Source of the DNA: Malacoraja senta
Lineage: Eukaryota
NCBI GenBank assembly: GCA_038087875.1
Contig: CM075988.1
Span: 16,804,001-16,868,000 of the forward strand
Direction of reading: 5' to 3'
DNA: 64,000 bases
A program made the position numbers and the translations under genes. Shown here piece after piece: positions 1 through 14,169 of the stretch (position 1 is its first letter; each line of letters opens with the position of its first letter). The notes under the pieces are model-generated. The model saw only the letters and a list, made by a program, of their open reading frames with translations. It was not told where the DNA came from and ran no database searches.

Positions 1-595
1 GCAAACATTTGAAAAAAAAATCAATTCTAACTCAAAGGCAATGGTGCAAGTGTTTGAGAAATATGGCAAGCATTCAGACAGCTCCTGGAAGGCAAAAAGG
101 TGATCAATCTTGTTGTAGTCCATGTTCTAATCAAGTGAGACCAGCCTCTGAGTCTAGCCCCATGCATTCAGCAATACTTCTCAGTCCATTACCTTGTCTT
201 TCTCCCTGTGTTTTCCCCAAGTCCTGACAGCCACCCAACCAAAATAAACTACCCACCAGCTAAGTCAATTGGCAATCTGCCATCTCCTTCTGCACCAGTT
301 CAATTTGTTCTAACTCGTGATAGATCCTTCAAGGTCACTTAACCTCAAAAACCATCAACAGTATTTGCTAAATAATTCCTATCATTTTGCAGTTTTGTCA
401 TCAGCTTTTATGAAATATCCAGACTTGGTACAACATCTGATTTATAAATGACTAAACAGTTGGACGTGGATAGGTGACTTATCTGATTGGAACCTTTCTT
501 CAAAGTCTGAAGAAAGGTCCTGACCCGAAATGTAGCCAATTCATATCTTCCAGATATGCAGCCTGACCCATTGAGTTATTCCAGCACTTTGTGTC

Positions 596-911
596 AATAG
601 ACAATAGACAATAGACAATAGACAATAGACAATAGACAATAGGTGCAGGAGTAGGCCATTTGGCCCTTCGTGCCAGCACCGCCATTCAATGTGATCATGG
701 CTGATCATCCCCAATCAGTACCCCGTTCCTGCCTTCTCCCCATATCCCCTGACTCCGCTATTTTTAAGAGCCCTATCCAGCTCTCTCTTCAAAGCATCCA
801 GAGAACCTGCCTCCACCGCCCTCTGAGGCAGAGAATTCTACAGACTCACCACTCTCTGTGAGAAAAAGTGTTTCCTTGTCTCCGTTCTAAATGGCTTACT
901 CCTTATTCTTA
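596..911 (-). mobile_element. CR1 3' fragment with (TAGACAA)n tail, nested in a Penelope end
   Basis: About six 7-bp tail units; body nearly identical to 14298-14655. Confidence 0.88.
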
Positions 912-2329
912 ATGTCATTTTTTATTGTTCTTTTTTTGTAAACCTGCATCTGAAATGTCTTGTGTCTGGCTTTATTATGTGTAATACTGAGAGAATGCTG
1001 CACGATCAGAGATGCATCTTTAAGGCGAGGTATTACACTGAGGCCAAGCCTGCCTTCTGAGATGAGCTTTCAAAGAACAGCAATGACCTGGCTAAGATAG
1101 ACACAAAAAGCTGGAGTAACTCAGTGGGTCAGGCAGCATAGAAACATAGAAAATAGGCCCTTCGAGCCAGCACTGCCACTCAATATCATCATGGCTGATC
1201 ATCCAAAATCAGTACCCCGTTCCTGCTTTTTCCCCATATCCCTTGATTTTGTTAGGCCTAAGAGCTAAATGTCACTCTCTCTTGAAAACATCCAGTGAAT
1301 TGGCCCCCACTGCCTTTTGTGTCAGGGAATTCCACAGATTCACAACTCTCTGGGTTAAAAGGCTTTTCCTCATCTCAGTCCTAAATGGCCTACCCTTATT
1401 CTTAAACTGCATCTCAGGATAAAAGGAATAGGTGACGTTTCAAGTCGAGACCCATCTTCAGAATCAGTCACAAAAACAGACTATTTGATCATTTTCACAA
1501 TACTTTTATTGAGAGTTGTCCGTACGTTGACTGCCACATTACCCAACTTATTTCTATCACTTTGAAGGTTCAATGGTGAAAATACAAATCAAGGTCAGGT
1601 CTACGGAGACTGCAGGTGCTGGAATCTTGAGGACAAAACAAAGTTCTAGAACTCAGCAGGCCAGGTAACATCTGCAGAGGGAAATGAACAGATGATGTTT
1701 TGGCTCAGGACCCTTCTTCAGTATGCCCAATGTTTCGTGCCAGACCCTTCTTCAGACTATAGATGGTGGAAGTACGGCTTACATTCAACAGAGTCACATT
1801 GTCCATGCTGACAGAGTTGCATTCTGGAATAGTCCTATTTGCCTTTATTTGGCCCATATCTCTCCAAACCATTCCTAGCCATATATCTGTCTATGTGTCT
1901 TTTGAAAGTCATAATTGTATCCATTTCTACAGGTTCTCTGGTAGTTTGTTCCAGGTATGGACTTCCCTCTGAATGAAAAAGTTGCCCCAGAGGTCCCTCT
2001 TAAATCTCTCTCCTCTCACCTTCAACTTATGCCCTCTAGTTCAGAATCCTCTGCTTGGAAAAAGACTGTGGGCATCCACTTTATCTTCATAATTCTGTAC
2101 ATCCCTCGCCTCCAGCGTTCCAAAAAACAAAGACATAGTCTATCAAGCCTCTCCCAATAACAAGCCTGCAAGTCTACAGATGTCCTGGTGAATCTCTTCT
2201 TCACCCTTTCCAACAGTACTTAGCACAATTCATATTCTGTTCCACACTGAAAACGTCATCTGTTCCTTTTCTCCAGAGATGCTGCCTGACTCGCTGAGTT
2301 ACTCCAGCATTTTGTGTCCATGTTCAAAA

Positions 2330-3780
2330 GCGAACTGCTGACAGCCAGGGAAGAGGTTGAGGGGTGGGGAGACGGGTGGTGCAGATGTGCCCTGGAGCCC
2401 TCTTCCTCTGATAGGTGGGGCGAGATTGGGGCTGGAGTAATGCAGCAAGTGCCACATCTGTGGCTCAGCGGTGTTGGAGGCCAGCAAAAAGAATAGGAAA
2501 CCTACAGTGATGGGGGATTCAATTGGATGGGGACAGCGTTGACTTTCTGCAGCGACAAGCATGAGTGCAGGAGAGTATATTGTGTCCCGGGTGTCAGGTC
2601 TAACATTGTCCAGGAGAAGCCCCAGGCCACTTTGAAGGGAGAGGATGAATGGGTACTGGTCACGGCACACATTAGTACCAATGACATGTTACAGTTTATT
2701 ATCATGTGTACCGAGGTACAGTGAAAAGTGTTTGTTGCGTGCTATCCAGTAAGCGGAAAGCCTATACGTGATCACAATCGAGTCATTTACAGTGTACAGA
2801 TACATGATGAGGAAAATAACATTTAACGAATGGGCAACAAAGCAGAGTGACGTCTTACAAGCTGAATATAGGAAGAAAGGAGATGAATTGGAAAAGCAGG
2901 ACCTTAAAGATAATAATCTCAGGATCACTCCCAGTGCTGCAGGTTAGCAAGAATCGATATGGAAGGATTGATAAGATGAATGTGTGGTTAGATGGTGGGG
3001 TAGAATGGTGGGACCTAGATCCCTAAAGCATTGGAACCGGTTCTGGTTCTGGATCCTGCACCCAGACAGGAGTGGGATTTCTATCCCCACAGGATGTTGC
3101 TAGTGCTGTTGGCAAGGGTTTAAACCAACATGGCAAAGGGATGAATAAGCACCTGAGCGAGTGGCAAAAGGAGAGGGAAACAAAGATGGAAATGAAAGGC
3201 AGAAGAATAGAAAGAGAAAGGAAGGCCAGGCAGCAAACAGAAACACAATAGACCTGACAGCAGGGGTTAATGAAAGGAAAGATGTTAAAACAAATAATTA
3301 AGACCTCTATCTGAATGCATGTTGTATCTGAAACAAAATCAATGAACTAACAGCAGAAATAGTGATGAACAGATATGATCTGGATCTGATCTGATAGCTA
3401 TCACAATAGCAAAGAGATCAAAGCTGGGAACATGGTGTGCAGGGATATTTGTAAGGCAGGAAAGAGAAGGTGGCGAGACATCTCTGCTAATCAGAAATGA
3501 AATATAAGTACAGTTGGGAGATATTTAGGTAAAGGTTAAAAATACGAAGCAACGGCAGTAGTGGTGAGAGTATAATATGGGTCTCCAGGCATAAGTCCTA
3601 CTATAGGAAACGTTAAAATTAAGAAATAATGGAAGGTCTTTAAACAAAAAGTATTGCATTAATCATGGTTGACTGTAATTCTAATGCACACAGGGTTAAT
3701 TCAATTTGAAATGGAACACAAAACAGAAATTCTAGGGTGCATTTGGGATAGTTTTCAAAAGCAAAATATTGTAGGGACAT
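2330..3780 (+). pseudogene. Old CR1 LINE 5' half: ORF1 SGNH-esterase-like and APE endonuclease remnants
   Basis: VMGDS..., YCVPGVR, LKGEDE..., HISTND resemble CR1 ORF1 esterase blocks; LYLNA near 3305 resembles the endonuclease start; many stops and frameshifts. Confidence 0.7.
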
Positions 3781-3826
3781 GAGACTGAAAATGGTACAAA
3801 ATAGAGAAAAACAACCAAACTGCTGG

Positions 3827-4200
3827 AGGAGCAGAATGGGCTGAGCAGCATCTGCGGAATGAAAGGAATTAGCCAAACGTTCTTTCCTTCCACAGATGCT
3901 GCTTGGCCCGCTGAGTTCCTCCAGCAGATTTTTTGTGCTCTGACATATTGTGGAGGTTGTCATGGAACAAGCCATTTTGAATGTGATGATAGACACAAAG
4001 TGCTGGAGTAACTCGGCGGCTCAGGAAGAATCTCTGGAGAAACAGGGTTCCCTGGACAAAAGGGGAACCCTTCAGAAAGTCCCTGACCTGAAACATCACC
4101 CATCCTTTTTCTCCAGAGATGCTGCCTGACCCGCTCAGTTACTCCAGCGGTTTATGTCTATCTTTGGTATAAACCGGCACCTGCAGTTCCTTCCTACACA
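3827..4200. repeat. Two consecutive inverted pairs of Penelope 3'-end repeats
   Basis: CTGCTGGAGG...CCTCCAGCAG (about 3830-3930) and AGACACAAAGTGCTGGAG...CTCCAGCGGTTTATGTCT (about 3990-4160). Confidence 0.75.
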
Positions 4201-4552
4201 TTTTTAATCTGATAATATGTAACGAGTCAAGTTTAATAAATATTCTCAAAAGAGCAGTTCCCCAGAAATGAATGATCATAGCATGAAGGGCATAACTGGA
4301 GCAATATTGTCCTTATGGACACTCTTTCAAAACTCTGGATATAGACCATCAGGTCCTGGGGACCTAGCAGCTTTCAGTCCCATTCACTTCTTTAATATTA
4401 CTAGGTTCTTTTATGTTATCATTTGCACTAGACCATTGGTTCTGTCCGGGATGTATTTTTTGTGTTCATGACATCAGATACAAAATATTTGTTTAATTCC
4501 TTGCCATTTCCTTATTCGCCCCTATTCAATTTTCCTATCACACTCAAACTAA

Positions 4553-4932
4553 AGGGCCTGTCATACGAGCATGCGACTGCATGCGGCAAGCGCGACCAAA
4601 CCGGAAGTGGGGGCCGCGCGGAGGTCGAGTGAGTGACGTGGAGTTTGAGCGAAGTCCGCGGGAAGTTCGCGCGTGACGTACGGCGTCAAGACGCAGTGTA
4701 CGGCGTCGAGGCGGTGCGTACGGCGCTGAGGCGGCTGCGGGCCGGCAGGCCGTGCGGAAATTTTGAACAGTGTCAGTTTTTCGGAGCACCGCGCGATGTC
4801 GGGACCAGCTCCGCACAACTCCATACGGCTCCGGCGATCGAAGTGGGACTGGCCCCGCGTGGCCGTACGGCTCAAGCGACCACTTTAGGTCGCGCTTGCC
4901 GCATGCAGTCGCATGCTTGTGGGACAGGCCCT
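4553..4932. mobile_element. PIF/Harbinger-type MITE
   Basis: ~45-bp TIR AGGGCCTGTC...GCGCGACC / GGTCGCGC...GACAGGCCCT; flanks TAA and AAA; CpG-rich, non-coding. Confidence 0.85.
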
Positions 4933-6970
4933 AAAAGCACATTTTCCATTGTGGGCTTTTCCCTTTTATCTTCCTATAAAAGTTTTCACATTATGTTTTT
5001 GAACTCATTCTGATATGACAGTGGATTGTTTAATGCTTCTTTGTATGTATGCGAAGGTAGACGCCAAATGCTGGAGTAACTCAGCGAGACAGGCAGCATC
5101 TCTGGAGAGAAGGAATGGGTGACAATTTGGGTCGAGACCCTTCTTCAGACTATTGTATGTATGCATCTGGGTTAATTGCAAATGGAAAAAAAAAGATTTT
5201 CAAAGGAAACTTAACTTTTTTGACCCTGCTGTCAATTTATGCCTGTGTACTCACACCTACTTACTGTTGGGATCAGCAAACAATGGGTAGAATGGCCTTC
5301 TTTTGTGTTATACATTTTCTATGATTTTCTTTGATCTTCGTACATGTCCATTGTAGCTCCTAGCACATTGCTCACTGTGCACCACCATTGAAGTGGATAC
5401 AATTACTACTACTTCACATTACAAGGGTAGGGAAGGTTTGGAGAGATATGGGTCAAATGCAGGCAGGTAGAACCAGCCCAGAATGCAAACTTGGTCAGCA
5501 TGGATAAGGTGGGCTGAAGGGCCTGTTTCTGTGTTGTATAGCTCTAAGACTCGGTGACTACGCCATCAATGGCTGTGCCAACATCCTACACTCTGGAATT
5601 CTCTCCCTATACCTCATTATTTTTCTCTCTCACTCCTTTGTTTTTTTGCATTCTGAAATTTCAGCAGCTCCATGCCAGCCTTTATCTAAAAATGTTCCTT
5701 TTGAATATTTTACAGCATTTAAATTGCATTGCATCTTACTTTTAGAAACCATGCATCTTCCACTGATTTCACATTTAAACTTACTTTGAGACAGGCAGAG
5801 TTAATGATCGGAGAACAATCCTGGTTTGACATCAGAAGCACAAGTGATGTGGCCAAAATCCCCAGTGGCCTTGTGTACCTGGATGGTGGTCTGTTGGGGT
5901 CAGTTGTGTAATGGGCAGACCATTTACCAAATGTGCCTACCAACGGGATCACCATTTTATTCTGAAACCAAGTTTTTCTACTGACCTATTTATTTCCTCA
6001 ACCGGACTAAATTTATTCAGAAAGTCAAGCTTAGTACGAAAAAACATGAAGAGGGCTCTGGAGGCAAGCAAAACAAAGCTACATTAACGGCAGCAAATGG
6101 TTAAGATCAATCAGACTGCTGACACACTTATTGGTGTAAGTTGTAAGCATCATGATAGATTGTACGGTGGCAATTCAATAGTCCGACCGCATTTATTGAA
6201 GACAAAATCTTCTAGATTACATGTCAAGTAGATGGAGTGTACAACTCCAGGTTTATTAAATATTAAAGGCTCGCAAATCTCAGCACCATTGCCTTAGAAA
6301 ATAAATGAGAGTTGATCATTAAAGGGCGCATGGTAGGATATGTATCTACATCCAGCATGTCCACGGTAGCAAGTCCAATATGCATGGAGCTAACTGTCTG
6401 AAGAAGGGTCCTGACCCAAAACATCACCTATTCATTCTCTCTAGGGGCGTTGCCTGACCCGCTGAGTTCCTCAGGGACTTTGTGTTTTGCTCAAGATTTC
6501 AGCATCTGCGGTTCCTTATATCTCCAGACACCCATACAGATACATCCATTAATATCTTAAAATAGGTGGGTGTGGGCACAACCAGCCAGCCACATTGAAC
6601 TAGCTTCAGTAGCATAACGATCATGGACACTCTCTTCATCTCCAATCCCTCATTCAATTCAGAGGTATATCATGGGTTTTATTGTAGGTCGGAACCAATG
6701 TACCATCTCAAACCATGTTGCTTTGTCATTGATGCCATTTTCTGGTGGCAGGGTGAGGCGGAGTTAATTTAGGGGAGAATATTTACAGATAATGAAGGGA
6801 GAGGAGCATTTACTCAGCGTTCCCTTTGCCCTGGGCCTCCCTGAAGAACTGGGTTGCATCAGGCTCTCCCTGCTTCAATATCTATTAAACTCACAGCCTT
6901 TTACAATCGTCAGTGCTCCTTCACCAGTCCAGCCAAAGCCATTCACCACATTCCACGGCCCAGAGTTAGA

Positions 6971-7545
6971 AACAACAGTCCTCAGGGTGGGAAAGAAGTC
7001 CAACTCTGACCGGTAAACAATGCTCGAACTTGTTAACGTTTTTTTTTAAACGAAAAAGAAGTCAGAGCATTGTATTCTTTATAGCCCTGTCCCACAGTAC
7101 GAGTTCATTCCAAGAGCTCTCCCGAGTTTAAACAAAAATCAAACTCATGGTAAGCACGGAGAATGAACGTAGCGGGTACGTCGGAGCTCGAGGACGTCTC
7201 TTAGCGGCTCGTAACGCTAACGGCAGGTACTCGGGAAGACTCGCTAACAGATTTTTCAACATGTTGAAAAATGTCCACGAGAGCCCCGAGTACTGACGAG
7301 TGGCCATTACCGTAAATCTCCGAGTTTGAATCAGGGCAAACTCGGGAGAACTCTTGGAATGAACTCGTACCGTGGGACAGGGTTATAAAGAATACAATGC
7401 TCTGACTTCTTTTTCGTTAAAAAAAAAACTTTAACAAGTCCGAGCATTGTTTTCTTTCAGGTCAAAGTTGACTCCTTTCCCACCCTGAGATAGACAATAG
7501 ACAATAGGTGCAGGAGTAGGCCATTTGGCCCTTCAATCTGTTGTT
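6971..7545. repeat. Long inverted repeat enclosing the 7084-7383 MITE
   Basis: 6981-7083 is the reverse complement of 7384-7489 with few mismatches; AACAACAG/CTGTTGTT resumes the symmetry beyond a short CR1-tail insertion. Confidence 0.88.
7084..7383. mobile_element. MITE with CCCTGTCCCAC termini (Harbinger-like)
   Basis: ~46-bp TIR at 7084-7129 and 7338-7383; CpG-rich interior. Confidence 0.8.
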
Positions 7546-10500
7546 CTTGGACTTGTAAAGAAGAGAAAGGTAACAGGGTAATAGAAGATTTAAAACAGAG
7601 GTAGCATGTTACAAAGGTTCTCTACTCATTGCGTGATGTCTCAACCCCATACATTGCAATGATATGGGGAGAAGGCAGGAACGGGGTACTGATTGGGGAT
7701 GATCAGCCATGATCACATTGAAGGGCCGAGTGGCCTACTCCTGCACCTATTGTCTATTGCCTATTGAATGTTATCACCTAATTGTCTGAAAATAATGGCC
7801 AGAATCACCTGCTGAGCCCAAGGTTAGGGGAGACGCTGAGTGTGGCCATGTGGGGGAGCTGACTTCTCATTGATTCTGATTCCCCGCTGCAGTGCGTGGG
7901 ATGGTGCAGCTGCTCCACCCACCTCGGCACAGAGGTCAGGCGATCAGAGGTTTCAGTTTACACCCAGCACACTTCACAGCATCAACAGAAGGACAGATGG
8001 CAGCGATCCCTGACTCAACCCTTTGGATTGGCTTCACTGATAAGACAGTGACCAAGGCGTGGCTAACCAAAGGCGATAAGATTCCATCCATTTCTCTCCA
8101 ACAATGATCGGTACACAATGTGCATTCTGCTGCTGGTCCCTTTAGAAATCTTGCCAGTTAGACCTTCATCATGGCATAGAACACATTAACATATAATAAG
8201 AATTACCATGGCTGTCTTTTACCATCAGGGTCCTGACCCAAAACTTCACCTATTCACGTTCTCCAAAGATGCTGCCTGACCTGCTGAGTTACGCCAGCTC
8301 TCTGTGTCTTTTGACCATTTTATGGAGGGGATATAAAAGAGGGAATACACTGGCTTAAGGTTTCTGTAAATTAGTACCACAAATATTGGCTCGATTAATG
8401 AATGCCCTGTTTCTACGTCATATAGACCATCGAACTGGCCTTTTGGCCCAAAATGTTTGTGCTGAACATGACCAACTTGTTGCACATCATCCATTCTTTC
8501 CATTCCCTGCATATCCACGTGAGAATCGAAAAGTCTCTTAAATGCCACTATTGTATCTGCCTCTACCCCACCACTGGCAGTGCGTTCCATTCACCCACCA
8601 TTCTGCATAATAAATCTGCCGCGCACATCTCCTTTAAACTTTGCCCCTCTCACCATAAAGCACTGCCCTCTGGTCTTTGATATTTCCATCCAGGAAAAAA
8701 AGTTCTGACTGTTTACCATATTGCTTCTCATAAGGTTAATATTCCTTCTTGACCCACAGAACATATATATGTGTACCTATTGTACCAATACCGTAACATA
8801 GCATATCATAAGATTCTTACTATGCCTAGAAATTAAATGGGACATTGCAGGGGAAAATGCCATGTCGAGAAGCAGCACTTTTTCCTTAATTCAGAGTTTA
8901 AACTGTTCAACACCATTAGCACCTTCGATGAAGGTGTGATGAATTGTCCAAGTAGTCATTAGTTTGTAATCTCGCTAAATTAGGTTGTAATAGCAGAGTT
9001 GTTAAATTTTTAGTATTTTTAAAAGTAATTTATGTAGTTTGTAAATCGGGCTATAAAATTTAAATTCAAAGCATTTTGAAGAATGTACAAGGTACACAAA
9101 AATGCTGGAGAAACTCAGCGGGTGCAGCAGCATCTATGGAGCGAAGGAAATAGGTAACGTTTCGGGCCGAAACCCTTCTTCAGGCCCGAATGTACAGTTT
9201 TGCCTCTGCTTCCTGTACATCCATAAACATGGCAGTCTTTAAGTTACACCAGAATCTCAAGCCCAGAAAGAAGGCAAACAGATTGAGTCACTGAAGAAAA
9301 AAATGAACGTTAAAGCGAGGTGCTACAGTGCTTCTCCTTGAAGTTTCCATTACTTGTTCTCTGATCTCACAGAGGAAGATTTACAATTTTTAGGGATAAA
9401 AAAGCAACATGAGCTATGTTGAACCTGCAACACCTCACCATCTTAAGTCATAAAGTCATAGTGACTCACAGCGTGGAAACAGGCCCTAAGGCCCAACTTT
9501 CCCATACTGGCCAAAATGTTGCATAGGCACGAGTCCCACCTGCCTGCGTTTGGGCCATATCCCTCTAAACCTGTCCATGTAAATGTTGCAATAGTACCTG
9601 CCTCAACTACCTCCAACAGCAACTCGTTCCATATACAGTACCCACCACCCTTTGTGTGAAAAACATACCCCTCAGGTTCCTATTAAATCTTCCCCCCTCA
9701 CTTTAAACCCATTCCCCTACTCTGAACAAGAGATTCTGTGTGTCTACCCAATCTATTCCTCTCATAATTTTGTACTCTTCTGTAAGATCACCCCTCATCC
9801 TCCTGCACTCCAAGGAATAGAGTCCTAGCCTGCTCAACCTCTCCCTATAGCTCAGGCCCTCGAGTCCTGGCAACATTCTTGTTTAGTCACACAAATGCTC
9901 CTGATTGGTAAATACAAGTCCATTCCTTCATTGAGTTTGAGTCAAAATCCTGGAGCTTCGACAGGAGTGGCTTCAACATGAAGCAGGTTGAGAAAAGATC
10001 ATATTTCCAGAGGATAATAAATGCTGGGCAATCCAATGGAATTCTTCCCATGAAAAAATTATATAAATGTATTTACATCAGCAACACATTACCCAAACAA
10101 CAGAGTTGAAAGTTAAGATGTTTAATTATCATTTGTACTGGCAACAGACCAGTGAAATTCTTATTTGCTGCAGCTTCATAGTCAATGATGCATAACGCAC
10201 AAATAAATAAAAAAATAACACATAAATTAATAATCGGTATTGCAGGTTACTGGACCAATAATATGCAAAAACTGGTCCGTAGTTTAACCAAAATAGAGAG
10301 GACAGTAGATCATAGTTGCTGAGGGAGAGGAGTCAAGACCCAGAACATCACCTGCCCAGGTTCTCTAGAAATGTTGCCTGACCTGCTGAGTTACTCCAGC
10401 ACATTTTGTCATAGAAACATACAAAATAGGTGCAGGAATAGGCCATTCTGCCCTTTGAGCCAGCACCGCCATTCAATATCATCACGGCTGATCATCCACA

Positions 10501-11759
10501 ATCAGTACCCCGTTCCTGCCATCTCCCTATATCCCTTGATTCCGCTAGCCCTAAGAGCTCTATCTAACTCTCTTTTGAATGCAACCATGAATCGGCCTCC
10601 ACTGCCTTCTGAGGCAGAGAATTCCACAAATTCTCTGAGTGAAAACGTTTTTCCTCATCTTTTATGTCCTTTTATGTAAACCAGCATCTGTCATTCATGG
10701 CTTCTACATAGTTGCTGAGGAAGTGGTTAGTGCAATGCAGTGTCCAAGAGCCTGATGGCTGCTGGAAAGAAGCCTTCCTTGAACCTGAAGATCACGGTTT
10801 CCAGGCTGCTGAACCTTCTTCTCAGTGGTAGCAGCCAGATGAGAGTGTGGTCACAATGTTGTGGGTCTTGGATGAGTCTTTTGAGACAGCACCTCCTGTA
10901 GATCCTTTTAATGGCGAGGAAGTCAGTAGCCCTTGTGAACCAGGCAATATCTATCACTTTCTGCAGCCTGTTTTGTTCCTGGACATTTGAGTTATTGAAT
11001 TAGACTTTCTAATTCTACCTCTACAAGTATGGCTATAATATTTGGAGCCTGCAGTGACTCAATGGGTAAATCTTTCACTTCTGAGTGAGAAGGCCCTGAG
11101 TTCAAATCCCACTCGGAGAACACACAGATCTCAGTTGACATCAAATCAAAGCCTTGCCTGACGTCCCTTGTGGGAGTGCAAGTCCTATGATACTCACTTA
11201 ATAAAGAGCAGAGGATTTATCTGTGATTTGGAGCTGATTTCATCCCTCAGCCAAATCATATTTTGAAGGCAGAGAGATAGATTCTTGATTAGTATGGGTG
11301 TCAGAGGTTATGGGGAGAAGGCAAGAGAATGGGGTTAGGAATGAAAGATAGATTAGCCAGGATTGAATGGCAGAGTAGACTTGATAGGCCGAATGGCCTA
11401 ATTCTGCTTCCATCACTTATAAACTATCATCGCACAGACACTGTGGGCAGAAAGGCATGTTCCTGCGCTGTACTGTTCTTTGTTCTATGTTTTACCCTAT
11501 AAATATGGTATTTAGACAGCACCTCGTTACTGTTTGTGGGAACTGTTTGTCTGTAAGTTGACTACCATGTTCCTTGCACTGCATTAATGGTTTCATATCA
11601 ATTTTTGGAAAGTGTTTTGGAATATGCTGAAAGTACCACGAACAGCTCTCCATGAACGAAGGTCTTTCTTTACTTCGCCACTTCCTTCCCTCTTTTACTC
11701 TATTTCTTTCTCTCCTCCTTTTCTTTCCTCAGTCCCTTTAAGAATGTCCCGACAGAGGG

Positions 11760-12310
11760 CCGGGAAGCGGATCGCCAGTTCTTGGTTGCTAGGTACACAT
11801 GGTGGAGGAGCGAACGAAAAATGGATTTGCATTTACATTCCCAAATTTCCTAATGGGGCAGCGTTGCCATGGCAAAGGGATATCGTTACCATGGTGAGGT
11901 TTCATGCAAAACACTTCACCAAATTTGTGCAGTCAAATCATGCGTTTGGTGATAAACTAGAGATATCATTACAACGATCTGATCCACAAAATGCAGCAAC
12001 AATTGATAGATTTTCTGACTGCCTTTGAAAATCCTCCTTCACCCCACTACCAGGGGGTGACCTGGGCATTTAATACAAGTCCCTTTAAAACAAATATTTC
12101 TGCAGTTGGGCCAGGTATTCATTTGCACGGACAATACTGGGCTTTAGGCTGACGACAAAGCAGGAGGGTTAATTATTGATGCAATCTGTGGGCTTTGTGT
12201 TCCAGGTGCAGCTTTTCCATTCGGTTGCATTAATTAGCCATAAGCTATGATCCTCCGTGGAAGGGTCAGATGCCTAATATTACCGGCATCTGATCAGCGC
12301 AGATCACCGC
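11760..12310. promoter_or_regulatory. Candidate enhancer/promoter with RFX X-box cluster, octamer, SOX-like and homeodomain motifs
   Basis: GTTGCTAGGTACAC at 11785, ATTTGCAT at 11825, GTTGCCATGGCAAA at 11863, GTTACCATGGTGAG at 11885; ACAAT, ACAAAG, CTTTGT and TAATTA in 12130-12240; no repeat recognised. Confidence 0.5.
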
Positions 12311-13744
12311 CTGGTCGACTCTCTCCCCCCACCCCTCCCACCTGCTTCCTTTCTGGGTCCTTTTAGAAATCCTGCACCATCTGCCCAGGTACAAGCACTC
12401 AAAACAATAGTCTTGAATAGGCCAGATGTGAAAGGGAAGGGCTTATTTATTAAAAGGCACGGGACTGTCACCAAATATAGTGGATGACAATCATTTATGC
12501 TCCATAGTAAAAACTCAATTATCGGAAACAAGAGAGGTCAGATATCTGTATATATTTTTTATTATTAAACAGGACAGTTCATTTAAACATCCAAAAGTAA
12601 ATGAAATCCTCTTTTTATTTTTTTAAACAGAGCACCCAGAGGACATGTGATGTATTCCGGAGGTCAGATGACAGTTTAAAAAAAACTCTCTCACTTTTTA
12701 ATCTGAGTTTGGAAACTTGGTAATTATAACTTGTGCTGCTCTGCCTTTGTAACTCAATGCGTTGACATTGCAACGCTGCCAGCTCCATATAACGTTGTAT
12801 GTGGTGACGAGACTATTCCAAGACAGATAATTCCACTGTCAATCACGTCAGGCGATATCCTTGCTGTAAGTGACAGGTATTGAATTGCAGCCGATAACTG
12901 TCCACCATGCTGTGCATTTCCAGCAAACATACCTTGCTCCCTCTGCTCTTTAACAAGGTGTGTTAGTATATTGCTGATTTTAGCTGTACAAATGTTGCTT
13001 GTGGTTAACCCAGATTCAAATCCAATTCAATGGACGTCACAGAATTTTCAGTTGAGTTTCTGATGTATTATATGGAGTCTATGGCTTGGAAATTGAATGT
13101 CACCTATTGTTGGTGCGTTAAAACTCGGCTATGTTTAACAATGACACCAAATCAGGTTCCTTTGCAAAAAAGATGGCCCAAAAGGGTACTTGGGATAACA
13201 TAGGCCCCAGAACCATGCAGTAAGGTAGGATCAACCCTGGTCAATGCAGATTGTGATCATTAGCTGCATCGGTCCAAGAAGGACATCAGCCAAAGGCACA
13301 CACTCCAAGGAGGCAAGCAGCAGTCCTGATAGAGGTGAGGATCCTGGTCTCAACCCGAAACATCAACAATTCCTTGCCCCCCCTCCCACCCCCCACAGAT
13401 GCAGCTCAACTCCTTGAGTTCCTGCAGCAAATTATTTGCAGCAATAATTCACCTGTGGCTACCACAAAGAAGAAAGAACTCTCTGATCCACGTGAAGGGA
13501 GAAGGAGCTGGCCCATGAGATATACCCCAGCCAAGTTAGTCCTGCATAAAGCCTGCCTCCCCAAACCAGACCAACTATACGCAGTGGGTATATACACAGA
13601 ATGTTGGAGTAACTCAGTAGATCAGGCAGTATCTCTGGAGGAAAGGAATAGGTTTCGTGTCCAGACCCTTCATCAGACATGATGATGACTACATGCTGTG
13701 GGTTCAGCTTACAACTATGTTCTGCCAAAACATTTAGGTTCGAG

Positions 13745-14030
13745 TTAGGTTGTGATCTTGGCTAAGCTCAGTGTTTTTTCAGGGTAGGTTGACAACCAGT
13801 TGGTGGTGGCTGTATGAGACAGATACTTGGACGGTAGCAGATGAGGACCTGGTCCTCGGCCATGGCGATGATTTTTGGGACTTGATTTCAAGGTGTCGGT
13901 AACAGGGTTTAATAACGGGATAGCGACAGACAACGTTGCCCAGAACTGGGAGCACTTTCCTACGCTTTGAATTCCAGTTGACCTCAGTGCCACGGCCAGG
14001 CAGTGACACCTGCACATGGGGCGGTCTGAT
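13745..14030 (+). mobile_element. Possible ancient RTE-like fragment
   Basis: AKLSVF...WLYETDTWTV resembles RTE KLxVY...LLYGxETWT; weak. Confidence 0.35.
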
Positions 14031-14169
14031 TGAGTTGCGCCGGTCAGATTTGCGTGTCTGGCCTCACCAAACCAGGGCCAGATATCCCACAAATATCTCC
14101 AAGTCAGGTTAGGTGGTGCATTGGAGAACAAAGGACATTTAATCCTTGACATGGACTCATTAGGCCCTA

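Noticed and set aside
4544..5013. Overlapping 90-126 aa ORFs (likewise 42608-43009 and 55696-56085)
   Set aside because: They lie within GC-rich MITEs where stops are rare; no protein motifs.
6135..6330. Possible solo LTR
   Set aside because: No clear TG...CA boundaries with a TSD could be identified.
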